From NCBI GenBank assembly GCA_903813345.2, contig CAIIXF020000001.1:49228001-49292000 (forward strand): DNA of 64,000 bases, given 5' to 3'. This stretch comes from Owenia fusiformis (Eukaryota). A program made the translations under genes and the position numbers. Below the pieces are notes generated by a model, which worked only from the letters and a program-made list of their open reading frames with translations, was not told where the DNA came from and ran no database searches. How positions within the stretch are numbered: position 1 is the stretch's first letter; each line of letters starts with the position of its first letter. Positions 28,301 to 43,300 of the stretch are shown in pieces.

Positions 28301-31300
28301 CTTTATAGTGGTAGGTTACACAAATCAACCCAGCCCACCTGGGCTTATCAACCACTTAACAAGTTTAAACATTTTAAATTATACAATTAGTGAAATAAAT
28401 ATCAATCTGTGTTATACATATGGTTACGTCTTTTGACAAAGCACTCCCTTACAAAATGAGCAAATTGTCTTGTCATTTTCCCAAACAGGTACTTTAACTT
28501 TTCTACATTTGTGTCAATACATTTAAAATTGTTATCAATAAAATACCTCTGTCTAATTTCATTATAAAAATGGCAATGAAACACAAAATGTATCTCATCT
28601 TCCACACAATTTTGTTCACATAAACAGCATAATCTTTCTTCTAGTTTTTCATTCTTATATGTACAATGTATGGTCCCTTTTGCTTTTGTGAACTTTTTAT
28701 TAATTGTTCAATGCACAGAAGATTCGAAATCCCGAATATGTGATTGCAAACAAGATTGTAGTAGTATTGATAGAAGATTCGAAATCCTGAATATGTGATT
28801 GCAAACAAGATTGTAGTAGTATTGATACAAGATTCGAAATCCTGAATATGTGATTGCAAACAAGATTGTAGTAGTATTGATAGAAGATTCGAAATCCTGA
28901 ATAGGTGATTGCAAACAAGATTGAAGTAGTATTGATAGAAGATCGAAATCCCGAATGGGTGATTGCAAACAAAATTGTAGTAGTATTGACAGAAGATTCG
29001 AAATTCTGAATAGGTGATTGCAAACAAGATTGTAGTAGTATTGGCAAACGATTCGAAATCCTGAATAGGTGATTGCAAACAAGATTGTAGTAGTATTGAT
29101 AGAAGATTCGAAATCCTGAATATGTGATTGCAAACAAGATTGTAGTAGTATTGATAGAAGATTCGAAATCCTGAATAGGTGATTGCAAACAAGATTGAAG
29201 TAGTATTGATAGAAGATCGAAATCCCGAATGGGTGATTGCAAACAAAATTGTAGTAGTATTGACAGAAGATTCGAAATTCTGAATAGGTGATTGCAAACA
29301 AGATTGTAGTAGTATTGACAGAAGATTCGAAATTCTGAATAGGTTATTGCAAACAAGATTGTACGGTACCATCCCATATGGGTTTTGATATGTAGAAAAA
29401 TATATTTTACATTCAATGTATTATTTTATCCAAAAATGAACACAATCATACATCTCTTGTTATGTAGATAATTCTGATGCAGTGCAGTTCTCTGTTGCAA
29501 CATTACCCCTTGAAATGGAACTTTTCCCAAGGCCAATACCTTTCAATCAAACGAACGAGCTATTTGACATCATGCGTTCTAATAAAACTTGATATATTGT
29601 TCTTTGATAGCGTCAATTGTTCTCTCTCCCATATTGTCAGAGAAATAATTCGAGACCTCTTAAGGAATGTTGTATTTATCCACGAAACTTTTTGATTTAG
29701 TCGTACTTAAAGGTGACCACTTATGTCATGTATTCGCTAAATAATTTTAATAGTCTGAATGATACCCATCAATTCCAAACCAAAAAAATAAAAATAAATT
29801 AATTAAAGTTTCCTTCATTTGCATTATCATCCTATTGATTTATGCACATGTGTTGTTCAGTAGACTGATTAGTCCAAGTAATGTTTATTTTCGAAATGCT
29901 TTTAACATTCTAAAATGTGTCTTATTCACAGCTGGACTAGGCTTGTCTATGTCAAAAACTTCGAATGATGGAATCTAAAGAACTACGGAATTGGGGCTTT
30001 GTGTGTTGAGTCTGGATGAGCTAAAATAACATTCGTCAGATCTCTTTTACCAGAAATGAACTTCTTCCCGCAAAACACATATATCAATGATCCTACAAAT
30101 CTATTACCATGAAGTTATATATCAAATATGCCAGGTGCCCTTCTACAGGGTGCGGTGTCCAAAAAACAGGACCGTAAGAAAGTTGAATAACTCGATCAAT
30201 TTTGCATATTTCGCCTTGAAATTTTAGAATTATCAGTTCCTTCAATGTGATTTGTTCTGAAAGTTTGATGATAATCTGTTTATTGTGTCAAAAACTACAG
30301 TACAAAACATGCTCAAAGTGGGCACTTCTCCTCGCTATGCAGAAACGAATCCTGCGCACAAAGTTGTTAATGACCCTGACCTATACACATTAATGTGGAT
30401 GGTAAATATTGGGGTAGTTATTGCCCTCTTAAGATTGTTATGTTAGGGGCCTGTCAGTATACACTCTGGCTTTCAGAAATCCTCAAAGATAAAAATTTGG
30501 GGGATTTAGATCTGGCGAACGAGCTGCACATATGGTTTGCGTTTTGCAACTGATGAGCTGACCACCAAAGCATTGCCTAAACCATTTCAGCATATCATTT
30601 GCAGAGTTGGGGTGCTATTGGCTTGATATTATTATAGATTCTTTTCAAACTTCCTCAACTAAATTCACATTGAATGAACTAAATAATTTTGAAATTTCAA
30701 GTCAAAATATGCAAAATTGACCAAGTTATTCAACTTTCTTACGGTTCTGTTTTTTGGACACCCTGTACTATATCACTGTTCCACAGCTGGATAACTCTAA
30801 CTACACTTAGCTACATTCAAGATGGTTGCCCAATTTTTTTTGTTTTCGACAAACCTCCGATTTCAGCTAAACTAAGTTGAATCTGGATTCAAAATGTTTC
30901 GCCTTGCAAATTAATAAAGCTACGATGGTAAATAACCACAAATAAATGCTCAAACAACCGCGATATTGGAGAATTTTAAAGAAAATGGCTTCATTTAGAA
31001 TGACTCTAACTGAAGATCAAATTTAAGGGAACTTTCTAAAATGCCTGCCACGTGAATTAACCCGAAAGAGCCACCTGGTGGTAAAACTACCTACTCGCAT
31101 CTGGGTAATTGAAACAATGTAACATAGAGTTTAAGAGTGTGAAATGAATAATTCAATATTTCAAGTTGTGTATTTGACACACCTTGAATAGCATTGCATG
31201 TTACCATTACAATTAAAGCAATATGGACCGATTGAAATGTTAATTTAACTGACATAAATAGTTGTGTTTGGCCTTCACAGTCAAGCGTTATTAACAGAAG

Positions 31301-34300
31301 AAAAAAATGAACTGTTCACAACAATTGGTTTGGATACCCCAACAATTTACTTTTAATTTGAGGTATCATGATGACACTTTCAGCCGCACTTTCAACTCTC
31401 TATTTTTAGAGATATGTTGTACTAAATCGAGATATACAGCTAATTACCCTCTATGACACAATGAATTATGAGTAGTTAGTGGCCCATATCGCATGCCTGT
31501 CAACCGTTACATATGCCATATATTTATCTTGCTCTGTGGTACCGTTTTATGCCAAAAAGAGATATCACCTAGCATTCTGATGACGCAATTCAAGACCTCT
31601 TGGGGTATCGGATTTAAATCTGATTTTAATTTGTAAAGATCAATGTTTCTATCCCGTCTCGCATACATCATCGTTCAATTTTTATCATATTGCATTTCAA
31701 GAAATCAAGATATCAAATGACAAGGAATATACTGGCAGAATAGAGCATTCCAATGGAGAATTCGAAACCACTTATAAATAGACGAAGTACAAGGTCACAT
31801 TTCTGATTCCTACGTCATCTTACTATCACATCGAGCTATGTACCAATACTGATGAATGCAGAACGATAGTCACATACGTCAGCCTATTTCTTAACGTATC
31901 GTTTCATCATAATTACTCAATACAAATCTTGAATGGTTTTCATAGATTGTGACATTAATTGTCTCATTCCGGACAACATCCAATCCTTTTACTTCATTAC
32001 TCTCTGACGTCAAGCCAGTGATTAAAGTAATCCTACAAGATCTTGGAAAGTTATTTTTGCTCTTAAACTCTCAGCATGTAGTATACAGGATGGTCCAAAA
32101 GTAACGTCAAAGGTCTTGCCATCTAAATACTATTGGACCAATCTTCTTGAAACTTTGTAGAGATGTCAAACAAACATTATTAGGTTAATACCTATAGAAC
32201 ACAGCTTCTACTACTTCCGATTGGTCGATTTCATGGTTACTATGAATACAACAAATATTATAAATGTGAAACATTTCATTTTATCAAAATAATGAACATT
32301 TTATTGCACAATTATTGCATGACATATTACTCATAATTACATAACTGCCATTATGAGCAATGTATTTCTCATCAAATAGTACCCACTCTGCAAACACATC
32401 CCGAGATCCAATATCTTGAACTGCACCAACAAAACACTTTCTTTACTCATCTGCAGTTTTATAATTTGTTAAAGTTAGTTCACTGTAGTAAAATTCGCTT
32501 ATAAGGCCAACTAGGGGGATTTGTTGGGCATGTTCAAGTTGTGACAGTCAAAGTTCACCAACTGTTCTGATTGTCAGGATCGCCTTGTGTGCTGGGGCAT
32601 TATCCAAGTGAAGACTGTTCTGGGTGTGGTGGTGTATTTGCTTCTTGATGCATGCTTAAATACAGGACACAATCGACTAAAATAGTTTACCACAAAGTTA
32701 CCACAACATCGTACTGCTTATCCATATATTTTATGCCGCATATTCTTTCGATTTTGGGAAGCTACGACCGCCGTAGATAAAATATGATTGAGAAGCATAA
32801 GACTCGTTAATACTTTTCCTTTCTCTAAAAATTTCGAGCATCATTTCAGCAATTTAGCTAGTTAGTGGGATGTCATCTCTCATCAATGAGGTCACATAAC
32901 GCCATAGACTCACTGAAACTTATGATGCTGCTAGACTCAATGATAATGCGTCTGTGTGTTTAGTCAGTTGTGTTGTTTTTGGTTTCTTCTAGGGTTCCTT
33001 TACGCCCTCGACCGTCTTTTGATAACTATCTCTTATATTGAGCTTCGAATAGCTAGATATTTTGCCACATTTCTCCTCAGCTGGCAAGCATTAATGGCGG
33101 ACCAAAATGAGCATCAATTAGTCATCCTTGATACAAAGTTGCGAAGAATCCAGAAAACCTAAATGTGTTTAGAATCTTGGTTGATATTACTCGATAAACA
33201 AAACTAAATAAGAATTAATGATTCCCACTAATTATAAACATTGGTGTTTGGTGTGTTGCTGTTTTAGAATATATTATAGTACCCGTGATCGGGTGCTCAG
33301 AGTACATGACACAACTCAACCAATCTCAAATGATGTGTGGGATAGACAAATTCCAGACTCAAAATACAAGGATGTCAGAGTCAACCTCTGTTCACAAATC
33401 CTTTTCAAAATAAAAACATTGTTGTACATGTAAATGTCATTCATCTTATATGAATGTAGCACATTCTCATAAATGAAAAATGTAATAATATCAATGACTC
33501 ATTATAGATCTATTAAAGCCAAACTCATACAATAGGAATTTATCGAAGTGCTTCATTTTGTAAGTAGACGTACAAATATATGAATGAAGTTATCATTTAA
33601 GATTTCGTTACTAAAATGGTACATTGGGAAAAACTACAAAGGCAAATCAATAACAAGCATGTAATGTATATATAGGGTAAAATAGTGGGTATGGGTACAT
33701 TTTCTGAGACACCCTGTATATATTGTGCTGATTGTAGGCATCTAAAACAAATTTGCACATCATATAACAGGCGACACCGAATCAATGGTATTTATCTTCA
33801 TGTATGTTATCCGACCTCGAACCAAGTATACATCTTAAAATAGTCATACAGTTGCATATCACCTACAAACTAATGGCGGAATAGAGCGGTTTCATACATA
33901 TTTTTTCGAGTGATTCAAAACGACATCACACGGAGTGGTTGTTTAAAATGCATTTGTTTTACATATAAATATATCCAACAATGGGACATTATCATTTAGA
34001 TCTAAATGAGGTCGTCGCAAGACTTTAGACCCATAGTTGGAGTAAGGCTTTGTGGCTAAAGCTTAGTTGAGATATATGGGTCTATAAATCACATTATTTC
34101 AAAGTGAATCCGTTCAAGTATAAAACAGGAACAGAAACTGATTGGAAAACACGACGCATGTGAAGCAGCGCTCAACAAATGTGATAATGTAATAGATAGT
34201 TACTTAGATAACCAACTTATCGGTTTGTTGTATTTATTGATCAGACCACTGTGGACGAAGAGCTCAAGAATACTTCCAAGATTTATCTCTTATTTCCATA

Positions 34301-37300
34301 AACCAATAGTACTAGTGTACCTGATTTATTGAACAGAGCGTGTATTTGAGATAAATAATGACAATGCTCAACGAAAAGGGGGCGGGGGTACAGCCATGAA
34401 AAGTGAGATTTCCTTCCTCAATATGTTTAACAATGTTTGTTTCCACATGGAAGCTGTTCTACTTACGAAGAATCAATTTCGGATTTTTCACCTTACGTGG
34501 CAACTGTCTTCCACAAAGATTAAGCATTTCCAACCAAGGAATATTTACTAACTATTTCAAGATTCCATTTTTGTACTTCAATGATATTATTTCGAATCAT
34601 ATTCAACTGATTTAAATTGTACCCTCCAACCGTCAACTTGAATCCTGTATATCACATTCATTGTGATTGAATAATTCGTTAGATAGATATATAACTGTAA
34701 GAGATAATTTGTCTCCTCTAGGTTTCATTCGAACAAATGGTAATTGCCCCTCTAAGTAGTGATTACCATGCCAATAAAAGCAGCATTATATTCTTTGCAT
34801 TGTGTATCCATTCCATATTAACATATATTTCACACTTGATCTGATGATTCTGTTCGATGTTTTAGCCGCAGTGTGTTAGTATTAAAGATAGGCAATGACA
34901 TGGTAGCATTTGTGATTTCTCTTTTTCTTTTTACTGAGAAAAAGTGTGAGCTTTGTTCTTCAGGTTAAATTGCAGATTAGCAATATTTTCAACGGGCTAT
35001 TTGTTGAAAGAAGTCTATCATTAATCTAACATAATTTGCATATAATTGTCGAAATGAGCCACTAATCCCAGAAGAGAAGTGTTCAAATTGATATTGTGAC
35101 CGGATGGATTGTGAGATAACATGTTCATGTGAAGTCAGCAGGGTGTCTTGTATCGAGCCTTTGTTATTCTTCTTTCTTTATTTTCACTATTTTGACGTTG
35201 TTTTCCTAAAATCCCATATAAGCATTATAGTAGTATACTAGGCAGTCTTCTGTATAAAAAAACAATAATCTGGGATGAAGAAGATTTCAATGTAATGCAA
35301 TGACTGTATTTTAATGCTCTTCAGTATTTCCCGTTAGGCACTCGTGCTTGTACATACTATTGTATAATTACAAATAATTAATAAAATATGTAATATTTTT
35401 CACATTATTTGTGGATATTCACGTTGTTTATTAAGAAATATAGACCAAAGAGCAGGGTTTCTAGTTTCGAATAACACCCAGCTGGTCTCGGCACAAACGT
35501 TTTCTGTACCCCGAACGACCGAAGGGAGTGAGGGGTTCGAAAGCTTTGTGCCGAGACCAGCGGCGTGTTATTCGAAACTAGTAACCCTGCTCTGAGGTCT
35601 ATATTACGATTCGAACATGAAAATTCACCAAATTGTTTCGAATAATTCATCATGATCCGCCATTACTACGACCCACCGTTATGACGTCACACATTTATTA
35701 ACTGGGTTATTATACTCGAATATAACCCAGCTGAAGCATTGACTTTGATTACAGTTTATAGAAGGCGTGAATACAGTCATGTTCGAATGTTTGATAATGA
35801 ATACATTGTACAATAAAAAATATTTCAGTTAAATTATTTAAGAAAAACCCTAAAATATATTTTCAAAGGCGGAACTTCCTTAAATGCTATGCTTTTGGAA
35901 GCCACGAGTTGTACATGTTAGTAACAACTTAGGTCAATATTCTTCAGCAAGAGCTCGTATGAGATGAAATAACTTAATCCCACTGGCTCAGTGGATTGCC
36001 ACTCTGTCACCTGACTACAGGGCCTATGAATCTTCATTTTACCTGCCATAGTAGGAAATAACTGAGGAAGTATTAGTCTTCTTAAAAAGCAAACAACTTA
36101 CTTAAAAAATACCTGAGGTCAATCCATTTTAGTCAAACGTACACTCCCCTCCAAAAGCTTGGCAACCTTAGCTCTCTCATTTAACCTAATTTAACTACGT
36201 GTTAAAGTCCCTTTTATGTTTGAATTTTTATGGACATAACATGTGAGGAAAATATTTATAATAGTGATGGAAATGAAACTTGACTTCATTTCAAATCCCT
36301 CCAAATTTTCCCAATTTTTTCCTCAATCACAATAGGTCGAAAATTGATGAATTTTTGAAAAATTGTCATTCTGGAGGCGGGGAGTGTGTATTTATGATGG
36401 AGAAGATGCAGCTACATGCACACCTAAAGTTGAATAATAAATTCATTAAAGAACTTTAAATCTGAAAAATAAGCAATCAAAGGACGACATTGCAAGATTA
36501 TATGGAAAAACATATGTACTTGCCCTAACTTTTGCATATTTTGGTTTGTTTTGTAGTTTGGCTATCATATGTGTGGCCCCTATTATTTTGATGTTTTTCC
36601 CATGTTATTTTCCCGAAAAAATCAACATGACTGTCACTCCATGAATTACAAAAGGCCATACATTTTCTGCATATTATACCTAAGTATCTGAAATATACAA
36701 AAAGTTCGGACAGGTACATTGGTACATACATGTATATGCTTATTTTTCAGATTTAATAAATAAAAACATTTCAGTAAAATCATCGAAAAACATTTCCCTA
36801 GAATACCTTTTCAGTAATAGTTTGGGTATAGCGTGTTCTAATCCCACTTCAATTTATTCAATTCATTTGACTGTATATTTGATGTAACATTGTTCATTAA
36901 TACAAGGTGATCGATCACTCACATTCCAGCTCTGACACATGCTAAATTATAATTTCTCATCACTTTTAGTGTCAGGATACATATGCTTATATTCTTGATA
37001 ATATCTCGTGGGTTTTTAGAAACACTCAAAACTTTTTATGATAATGAACTGTTATATGGCTTACTCCTGATACATGTGAGGTTTTATGAAGTACGATCAC
37101 CATCAACTTAGTGTGACATGTAGTAGTAACAGTATACAGGGTTTCATATAATATCGTCCAAAGTTACGTTGATTGGCATATACCTGATACCTGTCAAGCC
37201 ATTTGAGGTGACCATAGACCTAGAAACATTGCAATGTAGGTAATTGCAGGTAATTCTTCTCATTTTGACACAATAAAAGCTGATGGAAGAGGACACACTT

Positions 37301-40300
37301 ATTTTTAAGGACACCATGAAAATATAGGTGAAAGACAAGTCTCAGTTTGAAGAAAAGTCCAATGGACTAATAATTTTTTTATGAAAAATATAGAAATACA
37401 CCCAAATTAAAAAAAGAGGACATTTAAATCTACAATACATGTATGTCAAAACATCAAAATTGTCCAAAGCAGGCGAAACGTGCAGTAGACTGATGAACTT
37501 CGTTTTTCAAACAGAGACTAGTTCTTTCCAAAATATTTGAGAGTTGGTGAGTTAAGAATACCAATGATATATCAGACGAGGCATCATCCAACGTGAATGT
37601 ATCATAGAGAATGGGTAGAAAGCTCGTCTTCCCGAAGGACATGCATACTGGTTACCAGTTTGATTTTCAGTCACACGTATGAAAACTTCAGGCAGGACAT
37701 GTAATGACAACATTACGCCCTGACATAATTATCCAATCAAAAATTCTTTTCGAGCGAAAATTCTTTCAAAATCATCCCGTTTTTTATGATTCTGAGCACT
37801 TTTCAATTGAATTTGGCCCTTATTGAGCAAAGTTGTCTAAAGTGAATCCCCCTGGAATCTTTAAAAAAGTGAACCCCCATGGCAAATCCTGGCTACGGGC
37901 CTGACCCAAGGAGGATTGGCTCCCAGAATGCAACACCGATATTCTGCAAAACAATCACCTAGCGATAGCTTTGTTGGAGAGTATCGGGTCATTCTCCATG
38001 CAGTCGTACAAATTATACAGACACGAATAGCAAATGACGCATGCGTGGAGATTAAAGAATATCGAGTTGGAACCCTGGCTTCCAATCCTCCTTGGGCCTG
38101 ACCCAATAACGGGTAATATTTAAAGAAGTATATAATAAAAATAATATTTATTAGGGGTGTCAGCATGTCATGTCAATGTTCTGTACATCCCAAATGAAAG
38201 ATAATTGTCATGCAAGCAAAAAAGCAAAAAATATGTCATTAAAATAGCTTACCGCTCTCAATTTATCGGTCATGTTCTATGACATTTAATTAAATATATA
38301 CTAGACTGCAAAACGTTTGCATATCATGGTTTTAATTTCCGTATGAGATGGACACTGCGATCGCCATATTTGATTCATTGTCCCATATTTTTCTAAACCG
38401 AGATATCTCACACTGACAATTTTCGACCATTGAAATAATGGAAAGGAGTAGTATCGATATGGAAAACTTTTTGAACACACGTTTCTCTCAAACCAGTCAT
38501 AAAAATCTAAAAATTTAACACATCGTCAATTTAATGGTCATCTTTTGTATGGTAACAATATAATTTGAAATATATATATACTTTCATCTATGTTTTTTTA
38601 GAAAACACATCAAACACTTGTTTTGTTCTTGGTATCATGTTTCCAGAGTGAAATGAAACATCTTTCTGAACCTTATTGGAACAAAACGACATAAACTCAA
38701 CATGTTGAGGTCTCTCAATATTGTAATTGTACAAAGGAAATCTTGGTTGATTTAAAAAAAGTATCTTGTTAATGAAATAAAAGGTTTATCTTGATTTTTA
38801 TCTATTTTGGGGGGATTTTGTTTTAATTTTTTGAATACTTTTTAAAATCAACCAAAAATTCCTTTGTATAACTATAATATTGAGAGGTCTAAAAACATGT
38901 TGTATATGCTATTTTGTTCCAACAAGGTTCGGAAAGACATTTTATTTCATTCTCACGAATTGGTAAAAAGGAGCAAAAACAATTGCACTAAAACAAAAAA
39001 TGTTAACAAAAACAGTAATAAAAAATATTTCTAAATAATTTTTGCATTAAATTGTTTTCAATCAGTCAACAGTACATAAAATACCGTGATTTTTTACAGA
39101 ATGTTTTCAATGATTGGTTTAAGAGAAAAACATTGTCGAATTCAGTTCTCCATATCGATACCAATCCTTTCAGTTTTTCAGGTATATTGTTCAGATATGT
39201 TAATGGCTTCCTTATTGGAGTCTTTATGTTATTTTTAGGTTCACTTACTTCATTCTCTACATTCTCTATAGCTCTCAGTTTTGCACACAGAGCATGCCCT
39301 TAGCCTGCTTTTTGTACCCACCACCCCCTCCCCGCCCACAAATGATTTTTTCCCATGCTAAATCAACCTCTTCGTAATGTAAAGGTTAGTGCCGAAACTT
39401 GAAGCTATAACAAGCAGGAAACCACATTTCAAATCAGAAAATGGGTTTCCACTGGATAGATCCGCCAGTGATTCGAATCCGAAAATAAATTTCTGCTTGT
39501 GTGGAAAAAAATTTTGGACCACTAAAACCCAAAATAGGGCCCACATTTTAAAATTTAAGGCCCATTTTTGTTAATTTGGCCTAAATCCGATCCTGAAAAT
39601 CCAAAGGGGACGGGTGACAAAAATGTCCACGCTTGCGCGGAGAAAAAAAAATTGGGCCCAAATTTTGAAAGTAATGCCAGTAACAATACCCAGTAATGCC
39701 AGTTTTTTAATCTAAATTGTGGAGAAGAGCAGGGGTTTTCTTCAAGAAAGCAAAAAAAGCGAGGTCCACAGTTTTTGGAGATATCAGGGGGGGTCGGCTC
39801 GCACGAGTCCCTCGAGCCACCTGGCTACGGGCCTGTGGAGTGCATAAATATACCAAGATTATTCAGAATTGATAAATAGAGAAGGACATTCTGATACTAT
39901 AGCATCTTTCTGTTTCACCTGAAACATCATCTCAGGGCTGAGAAGAATTGAGATGTCATGGTTTATCATGATGAGAGAATATTCAGCGACCTACATTTTT
40001 GCATTTCTAAAAAGTAGGTCACTAAATTTTCTAAATTGTCATACATTGCAGATTAATTTAGGTTTGTTGCGACGGCTATTTTTGAATCTTGAATTCAAAA
40101 CGGCAGCCATTTTGAGGGACATAGAACAACTTTGACTATCTCGTCCACAGCAAGACTGGTGATAATTGTATTGCATTATACTTAACCTGCAAAGGTTTTA
40201 TGCTAAAGATGGTATACACTAAGCGCGTTGCAAGACTTACACAATGAGGGAAGGATTATGACCGAATAATTACAAGGGACCGTGTCAGGCAACGTCTTCG

Positions 40301-43300
40301 AATGATATAATTGCGATCTTCTAAATCATAATTGGCATAGTTTGTCGGATTTTGCTTCAAAGGTCAGATTAATCAATCGTGAAGTAATATTGTGCTAATG
40401 AAACACACATGGCTATCACTATCACTATTCTTTAACATTTCGACAAATTATACCAGTAATAATATTAATCACTAGCTCTGAAGTTTCAAGTCTTGCCGCT
40501 TCACTTGCTCAGAGATGTTGGAATTTTTAAAGATTTGCACTGAACAGTCAATTTTTCATTAGGCACCTGAAGGAGGATCCCGACTATGGCATTAATGGTC
40601 GAGAAATAGGGATCTAAATGAATTATGATGAATGATATATAGTCAGGGCCGTCAGATGGGGGGGTGCGATGGGTGCGACCGCACCCCCCTTTGACACCCT
40701 CCAAAAAAAAGTTTGAAATTTTTTTTTGAAATTTTAGCATCTCAAAATTGTAAAATTTTCTGGGGGCGGGGCCACCCCTCACACCCCCACAAAACAATGG
40801 AAAAGTTCTGAATTTATTTTATGTATAGTCTCAGACACTTTTAAAGTGCCCTGACATCATCAAATAGCTCCTTGATATAGTCAATGATTCTTGGAGACTA
40901 ACACTTACTCGCCCTCTGGCACCCCCTCCCCCCTTAAAATTTTCTAGGAGAGTTGGCCACCCCTCACATCCCCCACAAAACAATTGAAATAATTCTGAAT
41001 TGTATTGTTTTAGAGACTTTTAAAGTTCCCAGACATCATCAAGTAGCTCCTTGATATAGTCAATGTTTCTGGGGGACTAATACTTGCTCCCCCTCTGGCA
41101 TACCCACCCCACCTCCCTGGCACCCCTCCAAATAATGGAAAAAATTGTGATTTTTCTCAAATGTTTTAATTGACTCATACACTTTGAAAGTGTCCAGAGA
41201 GCACCAAATAATGTCTTAAAATTGTAAAATTTTCTAGGGGGAGTAGGCCATACTCCCCATGCCCAAAACAAAACAATTGAAAAGTTCTGAATTTATTTTA
41301 TATATTGTCTCAGACACTTTTAAAGTGCCCTGACATCATCAAATAGCTCCTTGATATAGTCAATGATTCTTGGAGACTAACACTTACTCGCCCTCTGGCA
41401 TTCCCACCCCACCTCGCTCTCTGGCACGCCCCCCCCCCCCCCTTTAAACCCCCCAAATTGAAAAAAATTGTGATTTTCTCAAATGTTTTAATTGACTCAT
41501 ACACTTTGAAAGTGTCCAGAGAGCACCAAATAGTGTCTTAAAATTGTAAAATTTTCTAGGGGGAGTAGGCCATACTCCCCATGCCCAAAACAAAACAATT
41601 GAAAAGTTCTGAATTTATTTTATATATTGTCTCAGACACTTTTAAAGTGCCCTGACATCATCAAATAGCTCCTTGATATAGTCAATGATTCTTGGAGACT
41701 AACACTTACTCGCCCTCTGGCATTCCCACCCCACCTCGCTCTCTGTCACCCCCCCCCCCTTAAACCCCCAAATTGAAAAAAAATGATTTTTTCATATTTT
41801 TTGTTGAGTCATATACTTTGAAAGTGCCTAGAAAGCACCAAATAGCATTTTAAAATTGTAAAATTTTCTAGGAGAGTTAGACACCCCTCACATCCCCCAC
41901 AAAACAATTGAAATAATTCTGAATTTTGTGTATTGTCTCAGACACTTTTAAAGTTCCCAGACATCATCAAATAGCTCCTTGATATAGTCAATGATTTTTA
42001 CTCGCCCTCTGGCATCCCCACCTAACAACCACCTCTGGCATCCCACCTCAACATTAAAAAAATGAGAAAAACAATTATTTTTCAATTTTTTTATTGACTC
42101 ATACACTTTAAAAGTGCTCAGATGTATTTTAAAATTTTCTTAGAGAGTTGGCCATCCCTCAAATCCCCCACAAAACAATTGAAAAAATTCACTTATTGTC
42201 TCAGACATTTTTAAAGTACCCAGACATCAGCAAATAGCACCTTGATATGGTCAATGTTTCTGGGGGACAACCACTTGGTCCCCCTCTGGCACCCCACACT
42301 TCACCCTCTCATCCTCTTTGATACCATCCCCAAAAGAATTCCCATTTTTTATTGACGCATACTCTTTGAAAGTGCCCAGAAAGCACCAAATAGCATCTAA
42401 AAAGTGTAAAATTTTCTACGGGGAGTGGGCAACTCCTCACACCCCATACAAAACAATTGGACAGTTTGGACACTTAAACAGTCACCAAGTGACATAATGA
42501 AATCATAAAAATTTCTGGCACCCCACCCCAAAAACTGAAGCATTCATTTACTCAAACGCATTAAAAGTGCTCAAAATTAATCAGACAGCATCTGGAATTG
42601 ATAGAATTTTTCTGTGCTACTTAAGAAGAAAATGATTGAAAATCTGAATTTCTTTAAATTGATTCTATTGATTAAAACTCCTAAAGTGTCCAGAAATCAC
42701 TGAATGTGATCTTGAACTGGTAAAAAGTTTCGGGTTAACATTTATGCCCTTCTAGCACACCTTTCCCCTATCCAGTGTTTCTCCAAATTGCTCATTCAAT
42801 ATTTAGTCTAAAAACAATAAAATACTACAAAATAGACTGAATGGCCCCAATATAGGGAGTAACCGACCCTCCCCCCCCCCCCTCTGACTTACGCGATTTG
42901 ATTTACGCGGCAAAAATTGACAATTCCATATTCTCTTTAGTAAAAACCGCACCCCCCTTGGAGAAAAGTGTCTTACGGGCCTGTATAGTTGTATTAGACA
43001 TCTTTTCTTTTCACGTTATGGAAAGTTAGTTTTTCCTTTCCTTATGACTGGTGTATTTTAATTGCTGTGTTCTATAACAACTGTTGGTCCTTTCCCTCAT
43101 CGTCGGTTCCCACGCTCAATCACTACGTTCTGAGGATAGGTCCGAAGCTTGATGAAGCAAGATGCCTTTCCCTCTGTGCATACATATCCATACGCTTACC
43201 TCGGTTATAACAATAAGTACTGCGTCACGAGGAACCGTTGGATCATTCATAACAATACCCATCATATCTTTCGGCTATCAATTAATATAGAAAGGAATGC

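Noticed and set aside
28641..29416. Three overlapping 197-243-aa ORFs
   Set aside because: They arise from a 55-bp tandem repeat with no minus-strand stop codons; the same peptides cycle through all frames and no domain is recognisable.
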